Source: a virus
Taxonomy: Duplodnaviria; Caudoviricetes
Strand: one strand, 5' to 3'
DNA: 30,724 bases
Virus record (IMG/VR): IMGVR_UViG_3300022930_000219
Coordinates: 1 to 30,724 of that record
Shown here: positions 8,779 to 19,206 of the stretch, piece after piece
Numbering within the stretch: position 1 is the stretch's first letter
Layout: each line of letters begins with the position of its first letter
Notes under the pieces: model-generated
Told to the model about the DNA's origin: nothing
Database searches by the model: none
The model's input: the letters and a program-made list of their open reading frames with translations, nothing else
Program-made: the position numbers and the translations under genes

Positions 8779-11232
8779 TTAATAGGTGGAGTTATCTATG
8801 ATTACTTTACGTTTAGATTCATTTTTAACCAGATCTTTTTCTAGTATATATACCCGTTGATCACTTGGTTTATTTGCTGTAACAGCATTAACCACATCAT
8901 CAGTACCACTGGCATTTTTGGATAGAATAGTTGAATTTATTACAGGTGCAGATAGTCCACCGCCTGCTGATCCACCACCACTAGCAGGTACTTTTACCTT
9001 CATAATGTTCTTAATTGCGGCAAATCCTGCAACACCTGTCGCTACGGCTTGCGCAATGGCATATCCAGGGATTGGGATTTTACTAAACGCTTGTAACTGC
9101 CCTGCAATGGCACTATATGTACTAATTGTAGCTGATGCAACAGCCAAAGTTTTACTTGCAACGGTGTTTTCTCCTAGTATTCCTGATGCTGTATTTAAAC
9201 CTGCTGAAACGGCATCCAATGTAGCTAGTTTAGCTTCAGATTCCTTTTTACTGAATTCACTTCTTGCTTTGGTATTACTGTCTGTGATATCTGTTAGTGA
9301 TTTTTCGTGATTTGCTTGTAACTCTAATAATTCAGCATTTTGTCCCGTTAATTGTTCCTTTTTAAGTTGGAATGAAGCATTTTCAGCATCCAATTTTGCT
9401 TGGTTAATGGCTAGTACTTTCTGTTTTGCAACTTCAGGAGTATCCTTCTCATTTTCCCTATTATCTACTTCAACATCAGTCAAATTAGTAGATGCTGATT
9501 TAGATTCATTATCCAATGTCTCTAGCTTAGTGATTTTAGTTACTTGTTCTACACGCGATGCATTTAATGCTAATGCTTGTTGAGGTGTAGCATTTTTCAA
9601 CAGGTCATCTACAATTTTATTTATCTCATCCCTTGTTTTCTGGTAACTTGAAATAGTTTCAACTCCAACACCTTTCAGATAATCATTGATAGCATCATCA
9701 TATTTAGTATTTAAACGTTGCTCTTCAATTTTCTTAGCTTCAGTTAGATTTGCAAATTGCTTATTAAAATCTTTGATAGTAGATTTTCTCTTATTTAAAG
9801 CATCAAATTCATCTTTATATTTCAGATCTAAATCAGTTTGAGCAATAGATCTTTCACTATTAGCACCCTCTGCAATTACCTTTAATGCTTCAGTATTATT
9901 TTTTTTAATTGCATCTAAATCTGCTTTTAATTTAGCTTCATTATCAGCTTTTAATTTATCTGCTATAGCTTTATCTTTTGTTGCTTTTTCTTTGGCTAAT
10001 TTATCTTTTTCATCCTTAATTTTCTTTGCAGATGTCGCCTCGAATACTTCTTTTTCATTTACAATTTCCTTGTATTTTTTTAAGTCATCTTTATTTAATT
10101 CTAACTTCTTTAAATACAGATCACGTTCAATTTTGTCCGTGTTTCCACCTGATGCTTTTAATACTTTAACACGTTGTTCAAGATATTTTACATCATCTTC
10201 TAACTTAGCTTTATTTGCTTTTTTGGTATCATTTAATTCTCCAACTAGTTTACCTGATTGAAAATTGCCCGTTACATTTAATGCACTTTGAAAATCATTC
10301 AAAGCACCTTTAAAATCTCCTTTTATAAGCTTAAATAATCCCGTGAAAGGTTTGACTAAAAATTGGAAAATAGAATTCCCTACTCCAATGATTATATTTT
10401 TGGTTTTTGTGAATAGATCTCCAACACCATCAAGTGCAGGAAATAATCCCGTTACTGATTTTTTCAATTCATCCCAATTAGCTACTAAGTAAGATACCAG
10501 TGCTATTACAGCTCCAATTCCAAGGCTAAATAGTGCAATCTTCAATGCTTTAGAAGCTACTGTGGCTCCCTCAGTTGCTACTACACTTGCTTCAGTTACC
10601 ACAATTTGACCTTCAGTTGCTACAGTTGTAGCTTCTAAAGCCGTTGCATTAGCTGTTGTAGCTACCGTATTTGCTACTGTTGCTGTTGTTGCTTCTGTGG
10701 TTACAACGGCTTGTGCTTCTGTGGCTGTAGTACTGGCAAATAGATTAGCAAGGAAAGGTTTTAGGACATCTTGTGCATCTCCAAACTGGTCAAGTAAACC
10801 AATAATTGAGGAAATACTATTAAGTTTTGCTATACTTGCTTCCGCTGTCTCTGATGAAACTCCCATTATCACTAAGGCACCAGACACTGCTCCAAACGCT
10901 CCTGCTGTCAATGAAGCCACTTTTGATATTGCAGTGAACTTATTTCCAGGATCGAATGCGGCTGTCGCCCTAGTTAAAGCCTGTTGCTCATCAGTTAATT
11001 GAGCAATGATAGTTAATTGATCCCGATATGCTTTAGTATTGGCTTTGCCATCCATTTGCAAGGCTAATGCTGTCTCTTTAGCCGCTTTTAATTGTGCCTT
11101 AAAACTGGCTGTACCAGATTCAATTGCACCATTCATTGTTTGAATCTGCTTGGTAACAGCCGTTACATTATCACCACCTGCTACTCCTAAATCAATACTT
11201 ATTCCAACTTGCTCATTATTATTTGTTGCCAT
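8779..11232 (-). CDS. Tail tape measure protein
   Basis: 817 aa from MATNNNEQ (ATG 11232, behind a promoter motif); Ala/Lys coiled coils, LGIGAVIALVSYLVANWDEL hydrophobic segment, QRVYILEKDL C-terminus. Confidence 0.85.
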   Translation of the reverse strand: MATNNNEQVGISIDLGVAGGDNVTAVTKQIQTMNGAIESGTASFKAQLKAAKETALALQMDGKANTKAYRDQLTIIAQLTDEQQALTRATAAFDPGNKFTAISKVASLTAGAFGAVSGALVIMGVSSETAEASIAKLNSISSIIGLLDQFGDAQDVLKPFLANLFASTTATEAQAVVTTEATTATVANTVATTANATALEATTVATEGQIVVTEASVVATEGATVASKALKIALFSLGIGAVIALVSYLVANWDELKKSVTGLFPALDGVGDLFTKTKNIIIGVGNSIFQFLVKPFTGLFKLIKGDFKGALNDFQSALNVTGNFQSGKLVGELNDTKKANKAKLEDDVKYLEQRVKVLKASGGNTDKIERDLYLKKLELNKDDLKKYKEIVNEKEVFEATSAKKIKDEKDKLAKEKATKDKAIADKLKADNEAKLKADLDAIKKNNTEALKVIAEGANSERSIAQTDLDLKYKDEFDALNKRKSTIKDFNKQFANLTEAKKIEEQRLNTKYDDAINDYLKGVGVETISSYQKTRDEINKIVDDLLKNATPQQALALNASRVEQVTKITKLETLDNESKSASTNLTDVEVDNRENEKDTPEVAKQKVLAINQAKLDAENASFQLKKEQLTGQNAELLELQANHEKSLTDITDSNTKARSEFSKKESEAKLATLDAVSAGLNTASGILGENTVASKTLAVASATISTYSAIAGQLQAFSKIPIPGYAIAQAVATGVAGFAAIKNIMKVKVPASGGGSAGGGLSAPVINSTILSKNASGTDDVVNAVTANKPSDQRVYILEKDLVKNESKRKVIIDNSTY

Positions 11233-11242
11233 ATTTATTTTA

Positions 11243-11255
11243 GGATAAATATTAG
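11243..11255 (-). promoter_or_regulatory. Promoter-like motif CTAATATTTATCC
   Basis: 10 bp upstream of ATG 11232. Confidence 0.75.
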
Positions 11256-11276
11256 CAGGTTTAAGAGCATAAAAAA

Positions 11277-11294
11277 AGAGGCACATGTGCCTCT
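11277..11294. repeat. CATG palindrome 5 (central type): AGAGGCACATGTGCCTCT; also a plausible minus-strand terminator
   Basis: Perfect 18-bp palindrome followed by a T-run on the minus strand. Confidence 0.9.
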
Positions 11295-11320
11295 CTTAAG
11301 TAGTGGATATATAATAAATT

Positions 11321-13615
11321 CTAATTCACAATCAATTGTAATTGAAGATTGCTTGGTTCAAATCTATTGTTGTACTCTACGTTTACTATCTTATAGTAAT
11401 TTCCACCCCAAGGTGTATTAATATAAACGGGAATTTTTAGATCTAAGTTTGATATATCAGTTGGAGATAACAAGAAATCCCCGTTAAATAAACTAAGATT
11501 CAAATCATTCATTTCTTCAATTTGATCTTTGTAAAATATAGTATAACCATCAGGTATTGTTTGAATATTTTGATTAGCAGTAAAATAATATTCTTTAGCT
11601 TTTCCAAAGTTTAAATCTCTAACATAAACCAATTCATTGATGTTATTATCATCCAATCTGATGTGACCAGATTGGGGATAATATCCAAATGTACCAGAAC
11701 TATTAGTTGGAGTAGAATAAGGTGAAATAGACCATACGCCCTGATCATTTCTACTAACATTTCCAACTTGATATGGATCGCAATTTTTCACTCCATTATA
11801 AAACATAATTCGAATGTTAGACTTAAACGGAACTCTAGTTCCATCCGTGTTTATTGTTAGAATCTGAGGTATCAGACGGTTATTTCCATCCCATTTAACT
11901 AAAGGTGTAGCACTAAATATTAACTCAATTTTCTTCTCATCATTCGTAGCATCAGTGTTTCCAACGTTGGTTAGATCTCCCTGATTTTCTGCATATGTTT
12001 TATAATACAACGTGTTAAAATAATCCGAATCACTTTCAGATTTATATACAAATGAATACTTTTTGAAAGTATTTGCATTACCACTTAAAGTAATATCAGT
12101 ACCGTAATCTAGTTTTTTAGTCCAATCTAAAGCATTGGAATGAAGTAAAGCAGGACTTGTTAACCTGTAGAAATCTGGATAGGATTCAAAATAAATATGG
12201 CGTGGATTGTCAATACTTGCATAAGTGTATATGTTAAAAAGTTGCGTCCAACTCTTGATGAAATCTTTGATTTTAACATTGCTAACGGGCATTGGTCGAA
12301 TTATATCACCATTCTGTGTATTGTAAGTAATGGTACCTGTTGCAGGTGTAATCATTTTAGCATTGGTAATAATTAGATCCGTACGTTGGTTCAAATCTGC
12401 ACCATCCCCTTTTAAAAATAGAACTGCTTTGAAGTATTTACCTTTTTCATATGCTCGTGACGGTATATTAAGTTTTGCCACCGTGTTCGATGTGGAATTT
12501 GGTGATAAGGTAGTGATATAAGATTCAGCAACGATAGACCAATCACTACCGTTATCTGATATCAACAATCTTGCATAAGCTTCAGTATTATTAGTACCAG
12601 TACTGTTTAAATACAGATTGAAAGTCAATAAAATATTAGATGTGAAATCACGTACTATTCTAAATCTAAAGTTAGTATCTCCATCAATTTCGTCCGTATT
12701 TTCATCCACTAGATTAATTGGATCTGTCACAGTACCAAACCTGATATTACGGGTTAGCGTACCTACACCACCTATTGAACTCCAAGGATTTTTTGTTATC
12801 GATCCATTGTTAGAAAGTGTCAATGTATTTGCGGTGGTGCTGATTGCAGGCTGTGCCTGATCATTGGCAATTATTAACCGATCCTGATCCTGAATGAATT
12901 CATCATTCCCAACTATACTAAATGTGAATCCAGATAACAGTGGTAGTGTAAATATTTTATTTAGATATTCCTTCAAATATATAGCAGGTCTATAGTTCAT
13001 CATCTCCCACATATAAGAATCCTTTGGACTTGGAGACATATTATTTCCATAATTGATCATTGGGTAAACATAACCGTTACCGTATGAAAAAGGTATTGCA
13101 GATCCGTTTTTGATTATCTTAGTGTCCCAAGAATCGATTACATTTTGAAGTTCGAATTTATGAGTGAATTCAGAAAAATCTAAATCACCTAACATCATAT
13201 CATCAGTAAACTTATTATAGAAAAATAAAATATTGCCCGTTATAAGACACTCATAGCTGATGTCATTGTTAGGTGATTTCACTCCCTGTAACCACTTCAA
13301 GTATCCTTTGAGTATAATTACATCATCTTCTAAAACAATGCATTCTACCTTCCTATTGAATGAAGTTTGATGAAATAATTGCTCTGAAGAATTGGAATTA
13401 ACTGTACGGGATAAATTGAATAAATTACCTAGTACACGGTTGTTATTTTTCGTTGCTTTGAATTTAATATTCTTCCCAAGATTATCTTTTTTAGCGGTAA
13501 TATCAGATTGATCAGCAATTGCAAATATGGTTTGCATCTCCAAATCTTCAGAATCTAATTGTGCATAATTCCCGTTAGGTTCAACAATAAAAACTTCATA
13601 TTTTAAATTATTCAT
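11321..13615 (-). CDS. Tail tip/baseplate hub-like structural protein
   Basis: 764 aa; YVYPMINYG and RPAIYLKEYLNKIF motifs typical of Bacteroidota siphovirus tail proteins; adjacent to the TMP. Confidence 0.65.
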   Translation of the reverse strand: MNNLKYEVFIVEPNGNYAQLDSEDLEMQTIFAIADQSDITAKKDNLGKNIKFKATKNNNRVLGNLFNLSRTVNSNSSEQLFHQTSFNRKVECIVLEDDVIILKGYLKWLQGVKSPNNDISYECLITGNILFFYNKFTDDMMLGDLDFSEFTHKFELQNVIDSWDTKIIKNGSAIPFSYGNGYVYPMINYGNNMSPSPKDSYMWEMMNYRPAIYLKEYLNKIFTLPLLSGFTFSIVGNDEFIQDQDRLIIANDQAQPAISTTANTLTLSNNGSITKNPWSSIGGVGTLTRNIRFGTVTDPINLVDENTDEIDGDTNFRFRIVRDFTSNILLTFNLYLNSTGTNNTEAYARLLISDNGSDWSIVAESYITTLSPNSTSNTVAKLNIPSRAYEKGKYFKAVLFLKGDGADLNQRTDLIITNAKMITPATGTITYNTQNGDIIRPMPVSNVKIKDFIKSWTQLFNIYTYASIDNPRHIYFESYPDFYRLTSPALLHSNALDWTKKLDYGTDITLSGNANTFKKYSFVYKSESDSDYFNTLYYKTYAENQGDLTNVGNTDATNDEKKIELIFSATPLVKWDGNNRLIPQILTINTDGTRVPFKSNIRIMFYNGVKNCDPYQVGNVSRNDQGVWSISPYSTPTNSSGTFGYYPQSGHIRLDDNNINELVYVRDLNFGKAKEYYFTANQNIQTIPDGYTIFYKDQIEEMNDLNLSLFNGDFLLSPTDISNLDLKIPVYINTPWGGNYYKIVNVEYNNRFEPSNLQLQLIVN

Positions 13616-13621
13616 TTTTAT

Positions 13622-13634
13622 GAATAAATATTAG
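13622..13634 (-). promoter_or_regulatory. Promoter-like motif CTAATATTTATTC
   Basis: 6 bp upstream of ATG 13615. Confidence 0.7.
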
Positions 13635-13660
13635 TAGTATTGTTTTAAAAATTGAAAATT

Positions 13661-14149
13661 ATGGAATCTAAAAAAAGAGTAGCGCAACTCATAAAAACAG
13701 AATTAGAAACATTGCAAAACATCGTTGCAACTAGAAAAAATGAAATTGAAACTGCTTATAGAGCAAGCATAAACTTGGCTGAAAAGATTAAAAAAGATGC
13801 TGAAAAAGAATATGAAGCAGAATTGGAAACTATCGAATTATTCAAAAATCAATTGAAAAGCTTTGGTGTTGCACCTGTAGTAAAACCAATAAAAAGACAC
13901 CCTAGACTGGTGGTTGCTGAATCATATAATTCAAGCTTAACAGTTAGTGAAAAGATAGCTTATGCATTAGCTGAGATTGGAGATGGTAAATCTAAAGAAG
14001 ATATTGCTATTGTAATTGCAGATTATGATAAAGCAGATGTCGATAAAGTTGTAAAACAAATAGGCGGTGTACTATCATCATTAAAATCCAAGGGCTTGGT
14101 AACAACTAGAAAGAACGGCAGGAAAGATCTTTATAGTCTGGTTCAGTAG
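13661..14149 (+). CDS. Coiled-coil plus C-terminal winged-HTH protein (accessory)
   Basis: N-terminal heptad coil; C-terminal SKEDIA...IGGVLSSLKSKGLV...GRKDLYSL wHTH pattern; ATG 13661 preferred over TTG 13652. Confidence 0.6.
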   Translation: MESKKRVAQLIKTELETLQNIVATRKNEIETAYRASINLAEKIKKDAEKEYEAELETIELFKNQLKSFGVAPVVKPIKRHPRLVVAESYNSSLTVSEKIAYALAEIGDGKSKEDIAIVIADYDKADVDKVVKQIGGVLSSLKSKGLVTTRKNGRKDLYSLVQ

Positions 14150-14150
14150 T

Positions 14151-15188
14151 ATGCATATTAGATTAGTAGTACCTTTAAGAGGTTTTGCTGTTGAAGATAA
14201 TAATGATATTTTACTAGGTCAATTCACCATTACAAATAATATTGAATTGAAGAATAAAATTGTAACTGATTCACATTTTATAAGTCATTTTGGTCAAATA
14301 TCAAAAAATGGGATTTTAGATAACTATATTCTTTTCTACACAGGTGAATCGTCTAAAATAGATATCATTCAAGATTGCAGAACGTTTAAAGAAGTTTCTG
14401 AAAGCATAAGTAGGTACTTAATAAATATGTGTACTACCTTATGGTTCATCGCAGATACACCAACATTCATATCTGTATCATATATTGAATTATGGGAAAA
14501 CACTGGTATTGGAGAATACATTCCTGTTGATGGACAAATGCTTTTAAGTAATACATTTTTTTCTAATTCAAGAGGAGAATATCTACCAAAGTTTGTATTT
14601 ACTGCTCAGCAACTTTCAGAATGGAATACAATATATAATTCAATTTTAAGAGTAGTAACAGATAAAAAAAATATTAAAAACTTAGAGTCCGTAGTACAAC
14701 ATACCACTGGAATAATACCTAATAAAACAAACTATATACCCTATGATCAAAATCGTATATATAGAGCAATATTGTTCTTACAACTAGTCAGAACCAAAGC
14801 AAGTGTGATTATGAAGATTACATTTCAAATTGCCATTTATGAATGCCTTTTTACATCTGGATCTTCTGAAGTTACACATCAAGTATCCGAGCGTGCATCA
14901 TTATTTTTAGGCGGGACAAGTGAAGAGAAGAAAATAAATTACGCATTATTAAAGTCGGCATATGATATCCGTTCCAATTTTGTACACGGGAATAAAGTAA
15001 AGGGTGATAGAGATAGTTATTTAAAAATTGCTGTCCCTTTAGATGAATTGACTAGAAAACTACTTAATAAAGTAATTACAGATCCTACAATATTTTTATC
15101 ATCCGAGAACAACACAAAGGAGTTCAATAATCATTTTTACAATTTAATATTTGTGGATGATCCAATTGAAGATAATGATTCATTATAA
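14151..15188 (+). CDS. HEPN-domain protein (ApeA-like), candidate anti-phage RNase
   Basis: IAIYECLF...EVTHQVSERASLFL...AYDIRSNFVHG with the Rx4H motif. Confidence 0.7.
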   Translation: MHIRLVVPLRGFAVEDNNDILLGQFTITNNIELKNKIVTDSHFISHFGQISKNGILDNYILFYTGESSKIDIIQDCRTFKEVSESISRYLINMCTTLWFIADTPTFISVSYIELWENTGIGEYIPVDGQMLLSNTFFSNSRGEYLPKFVFTAQQLSEWNTIYNSILRVVTDKKNIKNLESVVQHTTGIIPNKTNYIPYDQNRIYRAILFLQLVRTKASVIMKITFQIAIYECLFTSGSSEVTHQVSERASLFLGGTSEEKKINYALLKSAYDIRSNFVHGNKVKGDRDSYLKIAVPLDELTRKLLNKVITDPTIFLSSENNTKEFNNHFYNLIFVDDPIEDNDSL

Positions 15189-15196
15189 TTTTATAG

Positions 15197-15214
15197 GGGA
15201 CTACATGTAGTCCC
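15197..15214. repeat. CATG palindrome 6 (central type): GGGACTACATGTAGTCCC
   Basis: Perfect 18-bp palindrome between the two HEPN-motif genes; flanked by TATA/TATA after one mismatch. Confidence 0.9.
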
Positions 15215-15270
15215 GTATAGAATGCGGATATTAAAAAGTAAATCAGAACAATGATATATAAACACATCAT

Positions 15271-16095
15271 ATGGATAGTAGACTTCAAAAAAGAGGTGAA
15301 CAACCGTTAACTTTATTGTACTTATTAGCGTCTTTACATAGCTATAAAGGAAGCTATCAAACACTTTTATTTGCACAGCAACTTGTAGGAGATAATATAC
15401 GGAAGGCATTAAAAGATAGTGAATACAACTACAGCTTTAATCTCTACAAAGGTAACATATGGGATATGGAAAAGGGTATCATTGATGAAAGTAAATATGA
15501 AGTTCGTGATTTACAAGGTCACCTATTAAGAAATGTATTAAAACTTCCTCTTAATAAATATGCGAAATCAACTGAGGATGGTAAAGTTGATTTTGAAATA
15601 TCAGATGATCAAATAGACACCCTTGTACTGGGATTATCACTAGAGAATGCACATTTTTTGCGTACCCGATTCATAAACTCTCTGTATGAAGCACTTGAAA
15701 AATATATTATAAAATTTTCATTACTCACAGGATTTAAGGATGATAAAAAATGTACTCTAAGATTAGAATTGCAACAACAGGATTGGTACATAATGCTATA
15801 CCTATTAAGAAACCAAGCATCACATTTCGATGGTATGCAAACACCCGTACTATTTCGAGGCTGGATAAAGCATCTAAATAAAAAGGTATTCACTTGGAGG
15901 AATATCGAAGTAACGGAGGGAATGGATGGTCACTCCATCCGTTATGACGACAACGAGTTATTAGAACTTAGTCAAGAAATAGAAGATTATATTAATAAAT
16001 GTTTAGATTCATTTGTAAAAGACAGTAGTGGTAGAATAATACCTGAATTAGCAGATGGTATTCCAATTACAAATACAGCTATTATGTTTATCTAA
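15271..16095 (+). CDS. Putative HEPN-like protein (accessory)
   Basis: Helical; SLYEALEKY and LLRNQASHFDG (Rx4H) motifs. Confidence 0.5.
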   Translation: MDSRLQKRGEQPLTLLYLLASLHSYKGSYQTLLFAQQLVGDNIRKALKDSEYNYSFNLYKGNIWDMEKGIIDESKYEVRDLQGHLLRNVLKLPLNKYAKSTEDGKVDFEISDDQIDTLVLGLSLENAHFLRTRFINSLYEALEKYIIKFSLLTGFKDDKKCTLRLELQQQDWYIMLYLLRNQASHFDGMQTPVLFRGWIKHLNKKVFTWRNIEVTEGMDGHSIRYDDNELLELSQEIEDYINKCLDSFVKDSSGRIIPELADGIPITNTAIMFI

Positions 16096-17830
16096 TCAGA
16101 TATCTAACATCATTTATAATTTTACTTGCTATTCTACCTGCACCTGTTGAATTGGGATGTAAATCATCAGATAAAAATGTACTTTTATTTACCGCATTCC
16201 ATCCCAGTTGATTAGTGGATACAAAGTATTGATTATTCCTGATTGCACCCTCTTTTATTGCATTGGCATAGTCATTAGTTTTGAATCCTAAAGCATTTGT
16301 TTCTTTGTCAATAAATCCTGTCCTGCCAGGCGCATTTGCATATGTAGTTCCCAAGAAAATAATTTGAATAGTTGGAATTCTGGTAAGAACCTTAGTTACA
16401 AAAACATTAAATGCACCATTGATTTCATCAGTATTAACGGAATTAGCAACACCCATTGGAACATTCTGAGCCCAATCATTGATACCGCCTAAAACAAATA
16501 ATATTTTAGTAGTTAATGGAATGGCGTTAACCCTAGTATCTGTCCAAAATCCTGCTGATGTATCAGCATCATTGGTTAATCCACCTGAAAATTTGGTACC
16601 ACTCCTACCTAGATTTATTCCATTAAGCGATAATGCATTAGCTACCAATGGACACCATAAATATTGGGCAACAGTAGAATCACCAAGAAAGACAGTATCC
16701 AAAAATGTTATTCCAGACCTGATAATATTTTCCTCGTATACTTTAACTTTATCTGAAAGTGTGGTTATACCTTTTACATAATTATTAACGGGTACTGCCC
16801 CATATTCAATCATTAAGGTATTCATTACAACAGTCTTTACAGAGGTTCTAAAAGCAACAGCATTAGCAGGAGCGGTAGAAACGTTACCTAAACTTGATGG
16901 AGTATTTATAACACCACCAGATGCATTATACCAAGTAGTATTTCGCATTTTGGAATTGTTATCTGCTATCGACTTATCAATATGAGTATTGATAGATTGC
17001 CCTGCAACAATTGGTTTTAAGGGGATTGTATACCACTCGGCAATTGTTAAATAAGTTCCATTGGTTGAGTCTAATAATTTCCCTACTCCTGCACTGTCAG
17101 TGGGGTCTAATAGATTTGGACTAACATTAACTATTGAAGTATCATTAACACCTATTAAATCTGTTTTCTTTCTATATAATGTGTCTCCAACTGAGGCTAT
17201 TTTCGCACTTGATAAATTGATATCAGGTGATAACACTAAACCAATATAAGGTTCAAAAGTAGTAGGTGCTGATGCTTGCTCTAATTGGAATGTACTTAAT
17301 TTCGTATTATAAACTGTGATAACTACAGTATCAGCTAATGCAGGGGCAGTGAATCCAGTTATATCTCCATTTGAACCACCTGCCAATACAGTTCCATCTG
17401 CTTTGAAATAACAAGTAAATCTTATTCGACTGTCTGTTGTTTGGACTCCATCTGCACTACCTACATATGTAACACCTGCCGTAACTTTTATCTTCTCAGA
17501 ATATACATATGGGTTATTATTATTGGTGTTTATAACACCAGTATTATCCATAAAGCCATAAGAGGTTGTAGCTTTATTAAATTTATTCTTGCCGATAACG
17601 GTATCTGCTTTGCTTAATATTGCAATCTGTAAAGCACTTATAGTAGCGGTTTGACCTGTAACAGCAACGTTAGTTGCAGTAACCCTAGTATCAACTAATT
17701 CAACAGCTGTTTTCGTTAGGGTGGCTAGATCAGTAATAGCTTTTCCAACAGTGGATGCAGGTATAGTATTTGGTAATGTTTGATTGGTGATACTTGCAGT
17801 TACACCCGTATTAAAATTTATAATATCCAT
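16088..17830 (-). CDS. Tail fibre/spike with C-terminal SGNH/GDSL esterase domain
   Basis: Blocks FLGDST, GRSG, GGIND and DDLHP; N-terminal coiled anchor; two related beta modules (KNKFN..., PNLLD...). Confidence 0.8.
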   Translation of the reverse strand: MDIINFNTGVTASITNQTLPNTIPASTVGKAITDLATLTKTAVELVDTRVTATNVAVTGQTATISALQIAILSKADTVIGKNKFNKATTSYGFMDNTGVINTNNNNPYVYSEKIKVTAGVTYVGSADGVQTTDSRIRFTCYFKADGTVLAGGSNGDITGFTAPALADTVVITVYNTKLSTFQLEQASAPTTFEPYIGLVLSPDINLSSAKIASVGDTLYRKKTDLIGVNDTSIVNVSPNLLDPTDSAGVGKLLDSTNGTYLTIAEWYTIPLKPIVAGQSINTHIDKSIADNNSKMRNTTWYNASGGVINTPSSLGNVSTAPANAVAFRTSVKTVVMNTLMIEYGAVPVNNYVKGITTLSDKVKVYEENIIRSGITFLDTVFLGDSTVAQYLWCPLVANALSLNGINLGRSGTKFSGGLTNDADTSAGFWTDTRVNAIPLTTKILFVLGGINDWAQNVPMGVANSVNTDEINGAFNVFVTKVLTRIPTIQIIFLGTTYANAPGRTGFIDKETNALGFKTNDYANAIKEGAIRNNQYFVSTNQLGWNAVNKSTFLSDDLHPNSTGAGRIASKIINDVRYLIR

Positions 17831-17839
17831 TTTCTTTAT

Positions 17840-17852
17840 GGATATATATTAG
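17840..17852 (-). promoter_or_regulatory. Promoter-like motif CTAATATATATCC
   Basis: 9 bp upstream of ATG 17830. Confidence 0.75.
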
Positions 17853-17854
17853 AG

Positions 17855-19147
17855 TTACATTGAAAATAATCCCGCTACATCACTAGTGAATTCCAATTCC
17901 AACCTGTTGTTATTAGTATTGATCCTACGGCTTACAATGTTATATGAAGTAGTTGATAATGATACAGGTAAAAATGTATTATCAGCAAGTACCACGTAAA
18001 CCTTTTCAGCTGTTATTATATTACGTAACCATTGAGCTTGCTCATCATTTAAAACATCTGTTATCGCTTTATATGTACTTACATTGTTAGTATTAATAAC
18101 AGTACTGGTATCATTATAAACCCCATTTGAAATATTGGAATATTGTCCTGAGGCATTCAATGCATACGGGTAATTTGTGATTGATGTTTTATTTGAATTG
18201 ATTGATTCCCTTGGATTAAAAAGTGTCAAAGTATCAAACCCGCCTAATGGATTACTGAATAATGCTTGGAAAGATTTAGTTTTACATTTGCTGTCCATCA
18301 TAATGAAAGATCTAATTTCAGATCGTGGTGTACCGTTAGCTGTAACAACTTGTACCGTGTAATAATTAGCACTTAGCAAATCACTGTATTCTCCAAACGG
18401 AACGGTAAACATTGATTGGAATTGATCACCGTATACGTTATTGAATCCCGTACCAAAGTATGCACTAAGTGCAGTTGGAGATATATTTACTCTTAATGCT
18501 TTACCAGTATTCATAGGTATGTTTTGAGATCCTAGTAAAACATTCCCAACCCCATAAAATTTAAAATTAACGGTATTACCAGTAGTGCTGATATTATTTA
18601 ACAGATACAGGTATTCAGTGCTATCCCTGTAGATATTATTCACCAGTGGTTTACTGGTTAAGAATTTAGTTGTACTTGTTGTAGTGATAACATAATCATT
18701 AAAATTGTATGTTAATATCTGAATCCTGCTTAATTCACCTTGGAAGACATTGTAAATATCAGTGGTTAATGTGCCTGATGAGATTACATTTCCCGTAGTT
18801 TCATAATATGGGAAATCACCATTATGAAATACAGTTTCCAAAAGATATTCTGTTACCTGTAGTTTATAACTTAATATAATATCTCCAACAGGTTCAATAA
18901 TATTAGTACTATTCACGATCTGATAGTCTACGTAATTCTGCAAAATAGATGATAAATCAAATACAGATCCATCCTTAAAATTTGGCAAAGCACTATATTT
19001 GAATGTGCCAATAACAGCGCCATCGGATGATAGTACATTAACTAGAAAATAAACAAAGTAATCTGGATCACTACTTTTAAGATTGAATATTGAAGGTGAT
19101 TTACTAGGTGTATATAATTGGGGTGCTGATGCTATAGTGATTGCCAT
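17855..19147 (-). CDS. Tail structural protein (distal-tail-like)
   Basis: 430 aa, beta-rich; FSNPLGGFDTLTL and WLRNIITAEKVY motifs seen in Bacteroidota phage tail proteins. Confidence 0.6.
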   Translation of the reverse strand: MAITIASAPQLYTPSKSPSIFNLKSSDPDYFVYFLVNVLSSDGAVIGTFKYSALPNFKDGSVFDLSSILQNYVDYQIVNSTNIIEPVGDIILSYKLQVTEYLLETVFHNGDFPYYETTGNVISSGTLTTDIYNVFQGELSRIQILTYNFNDYVITTTSTTKFLTSKPLVNNIYRDSTEYLYLLNNISTTGNTVNFKFYGVGNVLLGSQNIPMNTGKALRVNISPTALSAYFGTGFNNVYGDQFQSMFTVPFGEYSDLLSANYYTVQVVTANGTPRSEIRSFIMMDSKCKTKSFQALFSNPLGGFDTLTLFNPRESINSNKTSITNYPYALNASGQYSNISNGVYNDTSTVINTNNVSTYKAITDVLNDEQAQWLRNIITAEKVYVVLADNTFLPVSLSTTSYNIVSRRINTNNNRLELEFTSDVAGLFSM

Positions 19148-19157
19148 AATTATTTTA

Positions 19158-19170
19158 GGATAAATATTAG
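19158..19170 (-). promoter_or_regulatory. Promoter-like motif CTAATATTTATCC
   Basis: 10 bp upstream of ATG 19147. Confidence 0.75.
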
Positions 19171-19191
19171 GTTTAGATACCTATTACCACA

Positions 19192-19205
19192 GGGCACATG
19201 TGCCC
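19192..19205. repeat. CATG palindrome 7 (central type): GGGCACATGTGCCC
   Basis: Perfect 14-bp palindrome 1 bp from the stop at 19207; shares GGCACATGTGCC with 11280-11291. Confidence 0.9.
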
Positions 19206-19206
19206 G

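Noticed and set aside
10560-10740. Thr/Ala/Val/Glu heptad-like repeats in the TMP
   Set aside because: Low-complexity repeats are ordinary in tape measure proteins.
11233-11286. Longer TMP start at 11286, and likewise TerS 22277, holin 1806 and GTG 23107
   Set aside because: The extensions run through promoter motifs, hairpins or upstream genes; the downstream ATGs fit the promoter spacing or gene packing.
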